A DNA stretch of 64,000 bases from an uncultured Bacteroidales bacterium (GTDB lineage: Bacteria; Bacteroidota; Bacteroidia; Bacteroidales; PWNQ01): assembly GCA_964477095.1 (NCBI GenBank), contig CAYZDA010000002.1:42259-106258 (forward strand), read 5' to 3'. Under the pieces are notes generated by a model, which saw only the letters and a list, made by a program, of their open reading frames with translations, was not told the DNA's origin and did no database searches. Shown here piece by piece: positions 1-9,841 of the stretch (its first letter is position 1; the number at the start of each line of letters is the position of its first letter). The position numbers and the translations under genes were made by a program.

Positions 1-273
1 CAAAAAAACTTCCAGTATCACGGGCCGGCACCTTTTTCCAGGGAAACAGCAGTGGTAATGATGGCTGACTCAGTGGAAGCTGCTTCAAGAAGCCTTAAAA
101 AACCCAGCGAGAAAAACATCAATAAACTGGTAGACAATATTATTGATAAACAAATGGCGGAAGAACAGTTTTATAATTCTGATATCACCTTTGCGGATAT
201 CTCAGCAGCAAAAAAAATCCTTAAACGCAAATTGCATAATATTTATCATGTAAGAATTGAATATCCGGAGTAA
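1..273 (+). CDS. C-terminal end of a 7TM-HD (PgpH/YqfF-like) HD-domain phosphohydrolase; the 5' end lies outside the window
   Basis: The frame of ORF 52..273 stays open back to nt 1 (QKNFQYHGPAPFSRETAVVMMADSVEAASRSL...). The ADSVEAASRSL segment matches the conserved tail of HDIG/7TM-HD proteins. Confidence 0.55.
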   Translation, partial: QKNFQYHGPAPFSRETAVVMMADSVEAASRSLKKPSEKNINKLVDNIIDKQMAEEQFYNSDITFADISAAKKILKRKLHNIYHVRIEYPE

Positions 274-481
274 GAAAAAGCAATGATCCGCTATGGAGTT
301 ATAACCTGGTGAATGAGCATATATACTCCCTTCAACTGCACCACGCCTAAAAATTAAGCCTGTGGCTACTGCCAAAGGCTCTATAAAACGGGCTTTACAA
401 TGCAGAGCCGGCACGCCAGCGCCTATTCTAAAAACGCGAGCATTTCTACATTGAAAATACCGGGTTGAGATTATGCGCGAC

Positions 482-670
482 CTAATCCTTCCTGTTAAAC
501 AGCCAATAGGTTACACCGGCCACAGTGATGAGGCTGCCCACGAATAATCCCAGATTAACTGCCTTCTGCACTTTCTTTGCCTTTTTCAGCGGGGATGAGC
601 CGACTCCTTTTTGCTCAATAAGTTCCTCGATTTTCTTGAATCGTTCTTCAAATTCTTTTTTCAGGTCCAT
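482..670 (-). CDS. small hypothetical protein with a C-terminal transmembrane anchor
   Basis: 62-aa ORF with a charged helical N-terminus (KKEFEERFKKIEELIEQK) and one hydrophobic helix (LGLFVGSLITVAGVTYWLF). No family recognised. Confidence 0.4.
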   Translation of the reverse strand: MDLKKEFEERFKKIEELIEQKGVGSSPLKKAKKVQKAVNLGLFVGSLITVAGVTYWLFNRKD

Positions 671-935
671 AATCTAGTTTATTTTAGTGATTTAAAAAAT
701 ACATTTCTTTAATTGTAACACGGTTATGCCTGAGATTGTTTTAAAATATATAGCGATCTGATCATATTCATACTTTTCATATCACTACTAATTGTCCGGT
801 TAATTGGGGGCTAAACTTCCTGGCTTATGCCGGTTTCAGATAACTATCAGCACTTTGTGATAAAAAAGAACAGAGGAGGCAGCACAACCAGCAAGGCCCG
901 GGGTCCGGTAAGGAATGATCAGGAAAAAATTCATC

Positions 936-1577
936 TTACAACTGACGGGCATTTTTCAAATAAATCAGGCTCTCCGGGCCTTTGTTAAACAGCAGGTCAA
1001 GGATGCTCACCCTGGGATTAAATCCATATTTCTCAGCGAAGACCTGTGTCCAGGGCAGAAGATCCAGTAAAAGCGGCTTTTTTGGATGCAATTTGTAGCG
1101 CAGGTCCAACGCCTGCCCATATGTTTTGCGGAAATCACGGCTGATTTTTATCTGTTTGTCAAGCTGCAACAGATCACAGACCAACCGGATACTTTCAAGA
1201 TTCATTTCAAACAAGGAATCAAATTTGCGGTTCAGAAATCCATCTATTTCATCCTGATAAAAAAGAAAGAAGGGAGAATTATTATAGGCAGCAAACACCG
1301 AGCGCCAGTATTCCCTGGGCCAGGGTATATCATAATCCACCCCTGCCTTAGTAATCTTAGTTTTACGGCCGTGCTCCCTTTTCACCGGAATCACCAGGCT
1401 CAGCGGCCCATTGGCAGCATTAATCACGAAGCGGTTACGGTATGTTTGCTTATTGAAATTCTCATCCGCCTCTATCCATACCTCCTCAAAGGCAGCAAGA
1501 TATACAAAATACTCCACCGGAGGGAAAACGGCAGTGGATAAAATCAGCGTATTCCTTTGATCATCAGCAGTATCCAT
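936..1577 (-). CDS. WbqC-family protein
   Basis: 213 aa. PPVEYFVYLA...NFNKQTYRNRFVI...GPLSLVIPV...YNNSPFFLFY matches my recollection of the WbqC-like family. Confidence 0.7.
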   Translation of the reverse strand: MDTADDQRNTLILSTAVFPPVEYFVYLAAFEEVWIEADENFNKQTYRNRFVINAANGPLSLVIPVKREHGRKTKITKAGVDYDIPWPREYWRSVFAAYNNSPFFLFYQDEIDGFLNRKFDSLFEMNLESIRLVCDLLQLDKQIKISRDFRKTYGQALDLRYKLHPKKPLLLDLLPWTQVFAEKYGFNPRVSILDLLFNKGPESLIYLKNARQL

Positions 1578-1694
1578 CAGTATAAATTTGATTAACCAGG
1601 CTCCCTGTCATATATGCAGGACACTTGCATGCAATTGAATAACCTCGACCATTCTTATGCCTGTGTGCCTGGGGCGAATCGTTGCCGGTTCACC

Positions 1695-2279
1695 TCAATA
1701 ATTTTCTTTTATGCGCCTGATAAGGTCCAGCACCTGCGGAAGCAACATGATATGTTCATTATTGTTGAGCACATAATCTGCCAGTTGTTGTTTTCGATTT
1801 TCGTCCCATTGATAGCTCATTCGCTGCAGAATTTTCTCCCTGTTGCATTTGTCGCGTTTCATCACACGGCTGATGCGCTCCTCCCTGGGCGCGCTCACCA
1901 TCATCACCAGGTGAAACATATCCTGGAATCCCGCTTCAAATATCAGTGCCGATTCATGTATAACCATTTCGGCATCCTGATTCGCGGCCCACTGTTTAAA
2001 ATCATCCGCCACACGGGGATGTATAATATCATTTATCTTTTGAAGCCTGGCACTGTCGCTGAAAATCACATCGGCCATTTTTCTGGTATCAATGTTCTCA
2101 CAATCATCAAATACTTCTTCTCCCAGTGCCTGCCTCACTTCATCCTTAACCTCCCGGCGCAAATACATCATGCGGGCGCGGACATCAGAATAATATACCG
2201 GATAACCCAATGCATCAAAAATGCGGGCAACGGTGCTTTTGCCACTGCCGATACTGCCAGTTAGCCCCGCCCTGATCAT
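1695..2279 (-). CDS. coaE: dephospho-CoA kinase
   Basis: 194 aa with an N-terminal P-loop GLTGSIGSGKST. Length and layout are typical of CoaE. There is a 4-nt overlap with the downstream gene. Confidence 0.9.
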   Translation of the reverse strand: MIRAGLTGSIGSGKSTVARIFDALGYPVYYSDVRARMMYLRREVKDEVRQALGEEVFDDCENIDTRKMADVIFSDSARLQKINDIIHPRVADDFKQWAANQDAEMVIHESALIFEAGFQDMFHLVMMVSAPREERISRVMKRDKCNREKILQRMSYQWDENRKQQLADYVLNNNEHIMLLPQVLDLIRRIKENY

Positions 2280-3295
2280 TGTTGCCCCGAATTTTGAATG
2301 ACATACTCCACATACCGCGGACTAACACGGATATTTTTCAGATAAGAAGGGAAGCGGGTTATCTTAACCCGTATCTTTTCTTCGTTTTCCATCATATCTT
2401 CACAGTTCACACTGGCTGTAAACTGTGCTTCCGATACCTTCTGATAGTCTTTCAGAGCAATCCAGTAGGTTACTTTCACCTGCTCGGGGAAGGTTTTAAT
2501 GTTACAGTCAGAATTAGTGGCTGCTTTTTCTGTTTCCACCGGAATTTTAACCGAAGCTTCCGTAAATTCTTCCACATCGATCTTCAGGTTCACTGTTTTA
2601 CTCCGGGCCTTTACTTTTTCAGGCAGTTGCAATTGCAGTTCTTCGGAAACATCATTCTTAACCCCTGAAGCCTCAAACATTTCTGTGCGGACAGCTGTAA
2701 GGGTGTCCACAATTCTGGAGGGGCCTGATACCATAAGGCTGTCGGGTTCCACATCTGGCTGGCGGTAGGGTTGAAACTGTTTCGAGTAAGAAATATTCGA
2801 GCGCAGCACCACCGGTAACTTTCTGCTTACCTTTTCATCCATCCAGAAATAAAAGGTATCGGGTGATATTCCAGTTACATGATCGATCTCTTCTATGCTG
2901 GAGGCCACCTGGGGTATTAGTTTTTCAGCATATACAAAGAAGTTGTAACGTTTACCGGTGGGAAAATCATGAAAGTTCCTATAGTCGATATCCAGCCTCA
3001 AAGTATCGGAAGAACCGAACCACTTCAGGTTTAGCACCCTGAAGCCTTTGGCTTCCATTCTGATGCGGATAGTTGATTCGGAAGCACCTGCAAGAATTTT
3101 ATCGCCGGTACGGTTACTGAACTTCACGGGGTATTCTACTTCAGCCACATAGGATTCGCTCAGCTTAATAACAAGCCAGAGAAAACAGGCTATCAGGATA
3201 CATATAGAAAACACCGTCAGCCGCTCGCGAAAACGCCGCTCGCTGAACCTTCGCATTCTCTGCGGTATCCTGGGAACCAGTTTCCCTGTATCCAT
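2276..3295 (-). CDS. YbbR/CdaR-like domain protein (N-terminal membrane anchor)
   Basis: 339 aa with one N-terminal TM helix (LTVFSICILIACFLWLVI) followed by repetitive beta-rich segments, as in YbbR-repeat proteins. Tentative family call. Confidence 0.55.
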   Translation of the reverse strand: MDTGKLVPRIPQRMRRFSERRFRERLTVFSICILIACFLWLVIKLSESYVAEVEYPVKFSNRTGDKILAGASESTIRIRMEAKGFRVLNLKWFGSSDTLRLDIDYRNFHDFPTGKRYNFFVYAEKLIPQVASSIEEIDHVTGISPDTFYFWMDEKVSRKLPVVLRSNISYSKQFQPYRQPDVEPDSLMVSGPSRIVDTLTAVRTEMFEASGVKNDVSEELQLQLPEKVKARSKTVNLKIDVEEFTEASVKIPVETEKAATNSDCNIKTFPEQVKVTYWIALKDYQKVSEAQFTASVNCEDMMENEEKIRVKITRFPSYLKNIRVSPRYVEYVIQNSGQQ

Positions 3296-3315
3296 AATCC
3301 GGAATTATTTTTATA

Positions 3316-3639
3316 CTATTTCCTTTGTGCTACACCGGCCTCATCCCTGTATTCATTGGAGATAGCAGCTTTTTCAAGTTTCAGGCGGTTCTGCCCTTCC
3401 ACTTCAATAGTAACAGTAGTTTCATCCACTGAAACTACTTTACCGTGGATACCACCGATGGTTACTACCTTTTGTCCTTTTTCCAGGTTTTCTCTGAATT
3501 TTCTCAGTTCTTTATTCTTTTTAGTTTGCGGACGAATAAAAAACAGCCAGAAGATCACAATGATCGCTGCCAGAAAAATAAGGCTTTCTGTTCCGCCCCC
3601 GCCAAATCCTCCCTGGAGGATAACATTTGATAATTGCAT
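3316..3639 (-). CDS. yajC: preprotein translocase subunit YajC
   Basis: 107 aa with a TM helix, then RPQTKKNKELRKFRENLEKGQKVVTIGGIHGKVVSVDETTVTIEV, the typical YajC core. Confidence 0.85.
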   Translation of the reverse strand: MQLSNVILQGGFGGGGTESLIFLAAIIVIFWLFFIRPQTKKNKELRKFRENLEKGQKVVTIGGIHGKVVSVDETTVTIEVEGQNRLKLEKAAISNEYRDEAGVAQRK

Positions 3640-3652
3640 ATTGATAATAATT

Positions 3653-4117
3653 TTAGTTTACTATGGATTCGGGTCTGTAGACCTTTGCTTTCATGTGTAA
3701 TACGGTTTTATTGGGCCTCGTATTCGACATCACTTTAACCTCCTTGTGATTAAAGCCCAGCCGGCGTTGTGAGTCAAATTTCAAATCAATATATCCTTCT
3801 TCACCGGGAGCCAAAGGCTCTTTGGGATAATCGGCCACTGTGCAGCCACAGGATGCATGTACCGAGGTGATCACCAGGTCGGCTTCTCCTGTATTGGTAA
3901 ATTTAAAGCTGTAGCTTACAATCTCACCATCGATCACTTTACCGAAATCGTGTTCCCTGGTATCAAAAGATATCTGCGGTTGCTTTGAACCGGATTCACC
4001 ACCTGCGCTGGCCGGATTGCTAATCACATCCGTGGAGATATTACCATTGTCATTCTTACACCCTGCTATAATCAGCATGGCAATGAAAACGAAAGCTGTT
4101 ATTTTGATGCTATTCAT
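3653..4117 (-). CDS. DUF1573-domain lipoprotein
   Basis: Lipobox (LIIAGC). HDFGKV...FKFTNTGEADLVITSVHASCGCTV is the DUF1573 signature. Confidence 0.75.
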   Translation of the reverse strand: MNSIKITAFVFIAMLIIAGCKNDNGNISTDVISNPASAGGESGSKQPQISFDTREHDFGKVIDGEIVSYSFKFTNTGEADLVITSVHASCGCTVADYPKEPLAPGEEGYIDLKFDSQRRLGFNHKEVKVMSNTRPNKTVLHMKAKVYRPESIVN

Positions 4118-4209
4118 TTGTAAATTAGTTTTATTGTGCGGATGATAGTTTACCCATCCGCCACAAAGTTAATACTTCAACACCATAAAACCAACGTAAA
4201 TAAAGCCGG

Positions 4210-5175
4210 TTAATTATCTATGAGTCCGCGGCCTGTTTTTTTGATCTTTCCTTCGGCATTCATTTCCGCTATCAGTGTATCCAGTATTCCATTGATAAAA
4301 ATCCTGCTTTTGGGAGTGCTGTAATATTTTGATATTTCAATATATTCATTCAGTGTAACCTTTACGGGTATGGAGGGAAATTCCAGCAGCTCGGTAATAG
4401 CCATCTTCAGCAGGATCACATCCACCCGGGCAATGCGTTCAAACTCCCAGTTACGTGCACGGGCAGCAATCACTTCGTCATATTTATTTCCACTGATCAC
4501 GGTTTTACGGAAAAGATCAACGGCAAACTGCCGGTCTTCACTGCGTCCCCGCTCATCAATATCCTTAAAAACTGCCGGTAATTTTACAAATTCATCATCA
4601 GAAGGCATTACTGCCTCCACGGCATTCAACAACATCATACTCGCAGCGTAATAATCCTCATCCCAAAAGATGCTTTTCTCCTCATAAATCTGCTTCAGAG
4701 GCTGAAAGTCGGAGATAAATTCTTTGATCAGGTTGATAAGCAGTTTGCGGTCTTCCTGAAATGAATCCCTGTCGCCTTCCATGTACTTTTTATACAGCTC
4801 GGATTCCCTGATGGTATTATAGGCTTTTCTAACCACATCAGTATGTTCTTTCCAGTTTATTCTAAGACGGTTGTAGTTATTGATATAATCCCTGTTTTCC
4901 CTGATTTTTTTTATCAGCCTGTTATCAATAAATCTGGTATTGGGCTCCAGGTCCTCCCTGCTGGGTAAGAGTTTATTTTTTCCCTCTTCTATTTTCTGCT
5001 CTGCAAAATCAAAAATTTCCACCAGAAATGATAACTGGTAAACAAACAGATCATGCAGCTGCCCGAAGCTTTTCAGCATCTTTTTTTCACCTTCGCCTAT
5101 GGTTTCCTCTCCCACACTTTGATGCGCGTAAACAGCCTGCATCACCTTGATCCTCAAATGTCTTCTTGTTAGCAT
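4210..5175 (-). CDS. nusB: transcription antitermination factor NusB (long Bacteroidota form)
   Basis: The ORF runs 4210..5292. The conserved NusB N-terminus MLTRRHLRIKVMQAVYA starts at codon 40 (nt 5175). The C-terminal ...EYIEISKYYSTPKSRIFINGILD is the NusB core. Confidence 0.8.
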   Translation of the reverse strand: MLTRRHLRIKVMQAVYAHQSVGEETIGEGEKKMLKSFGQLHDLFVYQLSFLVEIFDFAEQKIEEGKNKLLPSREDLEPNTRFIDNRLIKKIRENRDYINNYNRLRINWKEHTDVVRKAYNTIRESELYKKYMEGDRDSFQEDRKLLINLIKEFISDFQPLKQIYEEKSIFWDEDYYAASMMLLNAVEAVMPSDDEFVKLPAVFKDIDERGRSEDRQFAVDLFRKTVISGNKYDEVIAARARNWEFERIARVDVILLKMAITELLEFPSIPVKVTLNEYIEISKYYSTPKSRIFINGILDTLIAEMNAEGKIKKTGRGLIDN

Positions 5176-5456
5176 TATTGTATTTTCCTGTTTCAGCACT
5201 GCAAAAGTAATGGTTTTTACGCAGCGGAGAGCAAAATTGCATACTAATTCCCGTCCTTGTCTATATAAGCTAAATAAGCGGTTTACCAGCATAATTTTTT
5301 TTGAAGCAAAACAACACTGTTATAACATGAAAAAGCTATGCAGTTTATTTATTCATGTATCATTAATGCAGAAATTTATTGCATAAGAAATATTTCTTCA
5401 TATATTTGCTGTGATAAAGGATTCTTATTTGCTGAACATCAAATAATGTTAGACAT

Positions 5457-5852
5457 ATGGCAGAGAACACAGGGAGAAATGAGATTTACGCAAACGCAGT
5501 GAGAGCAGGCAAAAGGACTTATTTTTTTGATGTCAAAGAAACACGTAAAGGCGAGTATTATCTTACCCTCACCGAGAGCAAGCGTAGATTTAGCAAGGAA
5601 CAGGGAAATTTTTTCTACGAAAAACACAAATTATTTCTTTACAAAGAGGACTTCGAAAAATTCACCGAAGCACTTGAAGATGTAATTGAGTTCATCAAGT
5701 CAAAGCAAGAGGTTGTGGAAAAGACCCATGAAAATGATTACGGGGAAGAAGAAAAACAGGATGAGAAACAGGGAGACAAAAATCTCGACAGCTCCAGTTT
5801 CTCTGATGTAGACTTTGATGATCTGGATTCAGAAGATACCTCAAAGGAGTAA
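5457..5852 (+). CDS. PUR-alpha-like nucleic-acid-binding protein (DUF3276)
   Basis: 131 aa. VRAGKRTYFFDVKETRKGEYYLTLTESKRR...FFYEKHKLFLYKEDFEKF matches the DUF3276/Pur repeat, with an acidic tail. Confidence 0.7.
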   Translation: MAENTGRNEIYANAVRAGKRTYFFDVKETRKGEYYLTLTESKRRFSKEQGNFFYEKHKLFLYKEDFEKFTEALEDVIEFIKSKQEVVEKTHENDYGEEEKQDEKQGDKNLDSSSFSDVDFDDLDSEDTSKE

Positions 5853-5874
5853 AATCACCTAAAATATTTTTCAG

Positions 5875-5901
5875 GCTGGCAGTATTGTCTGTCAGCTTTT
5901 T
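5875..5901 (+). terminator. putative intrinsic terminator after the DUF3276 gene
   Basis: GCTGGCAG-tattgt-CTGTCAGC stem (one G.T pair) followed by TTTTT. Confidence 0.5.
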
Positions 5902-5978
5902 GCGTTTAAACTTACAGCTAAATATTCCACTACCGGAATATTTCCGTAAATTTGTGCAGACAACAAAACTGTTATAAA

Positions 5979-6659
5979 ATGAAAGTTACAAGCTACGGAC
6001 ACTCCTGTTTTTCAGTGGAAGTAAAGGGAAAAAAGCTACTTTTTGACCCCTACATCAGCGAAAACCCACTGGCGGAAGAAATCGACATAAACAAACTGGA
6101 AGCCGATTATATCCTGGTTTCCCATGGTCATGAAGACCACCTGCTGGATGCAGAGGCAATTGCCAAAAGAACCAATGCCACACTGGTGGCCAACTACGAA
6201 ATTGTAAACTGGTATAAAACCAAAGGGCTTGAGAAGCTCTACCCCATGAATATAGGAGGCTCCACTATCTTAGAATTCGGGCGCGTGAATTATGTACAGG
6301 CAGCCCATTCCAGCAGCCTGCCCGATGGAAGTTATGGCGGTGTGGCCGGTGGTTTTATCATCGAAAGTGAGGAAGGTAGTTTTTACTTTGCCGGTGACAC
6401 AGGCCTGACAACAGATATGAAGCTAATCACCGAGTTTAAGGATCTGGCTTTTGCCTTTCTTCCCATAGGCGGTAAGTTCACCATGAACAGGGAGGCAGCA
6501 ATCATGGCCTCTGACTTCATTAAATGTAAAACCATTATTGGTATGCATTACGATACGTTTGAGGGCACAAAAATCGACAAGGAAGAGGCTATTGAGCAGT
6601 TTTCTTCCGTACAGAAAGAGCTGATATTATTAGACATAGGTAAAACCATAAATCTGTAG
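5979..6659 (+). CDS. MBL-fold metal-dependent hydrolase (UPF0173-like)
   Basis: [11 protein letters not shown]...[12 protein letters not shown] motif (HxHxDH). The likely start is the internal ATG at 5979 of ORF 5952..6659. Confidence 0.8.
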   Translation: MKVTSYGHSCFSVEVKGKKLLFDPYISENPLAEEIDINKLEADYILVSHGHEDHLLDAEAIAKRTNATLVANYEIVNWYKTKGLEKLYPMNIGGSTILEFGRVNYVQAAHSSSLPDGSYGGVAGGFIIESEEGSFYFAGDTGLTTDMKLITEFKDLAFAFLPIGGKFTMNREAAIMASDFIKCKTIIGMHYDTFEGTKIDKEEAIEQFSSVQKELILLDIGKTINL

Positions 6660-6669
6660 GTTACTATTA

Positions 6670-7479
6670 ATGGGAAAGGTCATAACCATAGCTAATCAGA
6701 AAGGCGGGGTGGGAAAAACCACCACGGCCATCAACCTGGGCGCGGGACTTGCCGTGCTGGATAAAAATGTTCTGCTCATTGATGCTGATCCGCAGGCCAA
6801 CGCCACCTCCGGTGTGGGCTTCGATCCAAAGAATGTAAAAACATCCATCTACGAATGCATGATTGATGACCAGGAACCCGCGGCCATCATACTGGAAACA
6901 CAAACACCCAACCTCAGCCTGCTGCCGGCTCACATCGACCTGGTGGGAGCGGAAATTGAGATGATCAACATGCCCAACAGGGAAAAGATCATGCGTAAGG
7001 TCATTGGTAAGATCATCGATGACTATGATTTTATTGTTATCGACTGCTCTCCTTCCCTGGGCCTGATAACGGTCAACGCACTCACAGCGGCACATTCTGT
7101 AATCATTCCCGTACAATGCGAATACTTTGCCCTGGAAGGCCTGGGCAAGCTACTGAATACCATTAAGATTGTGCAGTCGCGCCTGAATTCCGATCTGGAA
7201 ATAGAAGGTTTGCTCCTGACCATGTTCGACCGCCGTCTGCGACTTGCCAAGCAGGTGGTGAGTGAAGTGAAAACACATTTTCAGCAAATGGTTTTCGATA
7301 CCATTATCCACCGTAATACCAAACTGGGAGAGGCTCCCAGCTATGGCGAAAGCATCATTATGCATGACGCTGATTCCACAGGAGCCATCAATTATCTGAA
7401 TCTGGCCAGGGAAATACTCCAGCGGAATGATATGACGAAGATGAAAAACGAGGATAAACAAATCAGGACAAAGAAATAA
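6670..7479 (+). CDS. parA: chromosome partitioning ATPase ParA/Soj
   Basis: Deviant Walker A ([16 protein letters not shown]), then PQANATSG and DCSPSLG. Immediately upstream of parB. Confidence 0.92.
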   Translation: MGKVITIANQKGGVGKTTTAINLGAGLAVLDKNVLLIDADPQANATSGVGFDPKNVKTSIYECMIDDQEPAAIILETQTPNLSLLPAHIDLVGAEIEMINMPNREKIMRKVIGKIIDDYDFIVIDCSPSLGLITVNALTAAHSVIIPVQCEYFALEGLGKLLNTIKIVQSRLNSDLEIEGLLLTMFDRRLRLAKQVVSEVKTHFQQMVFDTIIHRNTKLGEAPSYGESIIMHDADSTGAINYLNLAREILQRNDMTKMKNEDKQIRTKK

Positions 7480-7482
7480 CAG

Positions 7483-8388
7483 ATGAGCGCAAAGAAGAAA
7501 GCACTGGGCAAAGGACTGGGAGCATTACTTGAAAACCCGGATACCGATATTACCACCAGGGGAGTGGATTCGGGGAAATATGTAGCCGGATCGGTTGCGG
7601 AAATACCCATTGACAGTATTGAGGCAAATCCTTTCCAGCCCCGTTCGGAATTTGCTGCCGATGGTCTGGAGGAACTTGCTCAATCCATCCGGGAACAGGG
7701 AATCATACAGCCGCTCACAGTACGTAAAATGGGGTATGATAAATACCAGCTGATTTCGGGTGAGCGCCGCCTGAGAGCATCACGAATGGCAGGTTTAAAA
7801 CATGTCCCCTCTTTTATACGCATAGCAGATGACCAGCAGATGCTTGAGATGTCGCTGGTGGAGAACATTCAGCGTCGTGATCTCAATGCCATTGAGGTCG
7901 CCATCAGTTATCAGCGGTTGCTGGAGGAATGCAGCCTGACCCAGGAGAAACTGTCGGAACGGGTGGGAAAAAAACGCTCCACCATAACCAACTATGTGCG
8001 GTTGCTCAAACTGCCGCCCGATATACAAATCGCTCTGCGCGACGGGCAACTCAGCATGGGCCATGCCCGCGCACTGGTGAATGTGGACGATGAGGAAATG
8101 CAACTGGATATACTCAGGGAAATCACAGAAAACGGATTGTCCGTCAGGGATGTGGAGAATATAGTACAGAACCTGGCTGCCGGGCACCGGCAGGCGGCAC
8201 GCAAACCACGGGCAGTAAATAAACTGCCTGAAAAATATAAACAGGCAGGACAGCGTTTATCGGGTAAACTGGGCACTAAAGTGCAGATGAAAAGAAACGG
8301 CAAAGGCAGGGGAAACATCAGCATCTCATTTGATTCTGATGAACAACTCGAAAAGCTGATCAGATCCCTGGAGCAACTGCCTACATAA
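7483..8388 (+). CDS. parB: chromosome partitioning protein ParB/Spo0J
   Basis: IEANPFQPR, GIIQPLTVR, LISGERRLRAS and LVENIQRRDLN boxes, plus an HTH segment. Confidence 0.92.
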   Translation: MSAKKKALGKGLGALLENPDTDITTRGVDSGKYVAGSVAEIPIDSIEANPFQPRSEFAADGLEELAQSIREQGIIQPLTVRKMGYDKYQLISGERRLRASRMAGLKHVPSFIRIADDQQMLEMSLVENIQRRDLNAIEVAISYQRLLEECSLTQEKLSERVGKKRSTITNYVRLLKLPPDIQIALRDGQLSMGHARALVNVDDEEMQLDILREITENGLSVRDVENIVQNLAAGHRQAARKPRAVNKLPEKYKQAGQRLSGKLGTKVQMKRNGKGRGNISISFDSDEQLEKLIRSLEQLPT

Positions 8389-8402
8389 TTAGTAACATAG
8401 AA

Positions 8403-9047
8403 GTGAATCTGTTCCGGAAAATGAATACCGCTGCGAATACTATCAGAATAACTGATATTTTTCCTGTTACAGCAGTCCTGTTGCTTCTGCTGTTATCCGG
8501 CAATAGTGCCACCGCCCAAGCAGACACCATCAGAAGCGAACGCAATATACCACCGGACACGGGCTATACTACCGTATCACCCGGAGTGGATACCATAGCA
8601 AGGATTCATTCACCGGCCCGTGCAGCACGGCTGTCGGCCATACTGCCGGGTCTTGGACAGGCATACAACCGCAAATACTGGAAGATTCCTGTAGTGTATG
8701 CTGCTCTGAGTACCTCAGGATATTATATCCATCACAATAACAAAAAATACCAGGAATATAGAGAAGCCTATATTGCCCGAACCGATGATGATACATCCAC
8801 TGTAACTAAAATCCGTTACAGCACTGAAAATATCAGGCAACGCCGGGAATATTACCGGCGCAACCTTGAGCTGAGCATCCTGATTACCGCGGGTATTTAT
8901 CTGCTTAACATCGTGGATGCCACCGTGGACGCTCACCTGTTTTACTTTGATGTGAGTGATGACCTGACGGTGAAGCTGGAACCCGAGGTGAATGCTTTTA
9001 CACCCGGACGGATAAACGGAGGATTCAGGCTTAGTATATTCTTTTAA
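8403..9047 (+). CDS. DUF5683-domain protein
   Basis: SAILPGLGQAYNRKYWKIPVVYAAL motif after a signal-like N-terminus. GTG start at 8403; alternative ATG at 8421. Confidence 0.6.
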   Translation: MNLFRKMNTAANTIRITDIFPVTAVLLLLLLSGNSATAQADTIRSERNIPPDTGYTTVSPGVDTIARIHSPARAARLSAILPGLGQAYNRKYWKIPVVYAALSTSGYYIHHNNKKYQEYREAYIARTDDDTSTVTKIRYSTENIRQRREYYRRNLELSILITAGIYLLNIVDATVDAHLFYFDVSDDLTVKLEPEVNAFTPGRINGGFRLSIFF

Positions 9048-9059
9048 AGCATTTCATAT

Positions 9060-9779
9060 ATGGATATTGTAATCAGCGGATATGGCAGAATGGGAAAAGC
9101 AGTTGAAGAAACAGCGATAAAACGCGGCCATACTATTCATTGTATCATGAACAGCCGTGAAGACTGGAAGAAAAACCAGGAGAAACTTAACACGGCCGAT
9201 ATGGTGATTGACTTTTCCGGGCCAGGCTGTGTGGCGGATAACATCAGCCGCAGCCACAGTATGAACCTGCCAGTGGTTACCGGCACCACTGCCTGGGATG
9301 AAACCCGCATGCAAATCATCGATCTGGTAAAAAAAAGCGGAAATACCCTGTTTTTTGCACCCAACTTCAGCATAGGCGTAAACCTGTTGTTTGAGCTTAA
9401 CCGTCGCCTTTCAGAATTAATGTCGTCGCATCCTCAATACAAAGTAAAGATTGATGAAACTCACCATATACACAAGCTGGATGCTCCCAGCGGAACAGCC
9501 ATTGCACTGGCCAACGACATCATCAACAAACACGCTGACTACAGCAAATGGGCTGAAGATGCTGCCGGTGAAAATGAAATACCCGTCATCTCAAAACGCG
9601 AAGGGGAAATCATTGGTGACCATAAGGTTAGCTGGCAATCAGAGGTGGATAACATCAGCATTGAACACCATGCCAAATCACGCCATGGCTTTGCTCTGGG
9701 AGCTGTGATTGCAGCAGAATGGGTTAAGGGCAAAAAAGGATATTTTGAAATGACAGATATGCTGTTTTCCCCGGGTTAA
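9060..9779 (+). CDS. dapB: 4-hydroxy-tetrahydrodipicolinate reductase
   Basis: N-terminal GYGRMGK Rossmann motif, ...FAPNFSIGVNL..., and ETHHIHKLDAPSGTA (the E-x-HH-x-K-x-DAPSGTA DapB signature). Confidence 0.9.
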   Translation: MDIVISGYGRMGKAVEETAIKRGHTIHCIMNSREDWKKNQEKLNTADMVIDFSGPGCVADNISRSHSMNLPVVTGTTAWDETRMQIIDLVKKSGNTLFFAPNFSIGVNLLFELNRRLSELMSSHPQYKVKIDETHHIHKLDAPSGTAIALANDIINKHADYSKWAEDAAGENEIPVISKREGEIIGDHKVSWQSEVDNISIEHHAKSRHGFALGAVIAAEWVKGKKGYFEMTDMLFSPG

Positions 9780-9841
9780 CTTTATTTAACCCACATGTAA
9801 ATCTATTTTTAGCATTTTAGCAGAAGAAAAAAATCATCATC

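Noticed and set aside
274-481. A 208-nt intergenic region with several local hairpins (GGAGT...ACTCC, GCCTGTGGC/GCCAAAGGC, GGCTCT...AGAGCC) that might be an ncRNA.
   Set aside because: No match to any RNA family I can recognise. The hairpins are short and imperfect. It would need an Infernal scan or expression data.
780-935. GGTCCGGTAAGGAA within ...ACCAGCAAGGCCCGGGGTCCGGTAAGGAATGATCAGG resembles the SRP (4.5S) RNA domain IV.
   Set aside because: The apical loop would be GGTAA rather than a GNRA tetraloop. The conserved 3'-side AGCAGCC...GGCA elements are absent, and no closing helix is evident. It cannot be supported as SRP RNA.
1086-2264. Long antisense ORFs opposite well-supported genes. 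Examples: 1086..1541, 1614..2264, 6667..7116, 7795..8187, 35671..36300, 41293..41754, 54448..55011, 60212..60682, 61326..62142.
   Set aside because: Each lies fully inside a gene with strong family motifs on the other strand. They have odd composition (Cys/His/Phe-rich, low complexity) and no recognisable motif. They are treated as shadow ORFs.
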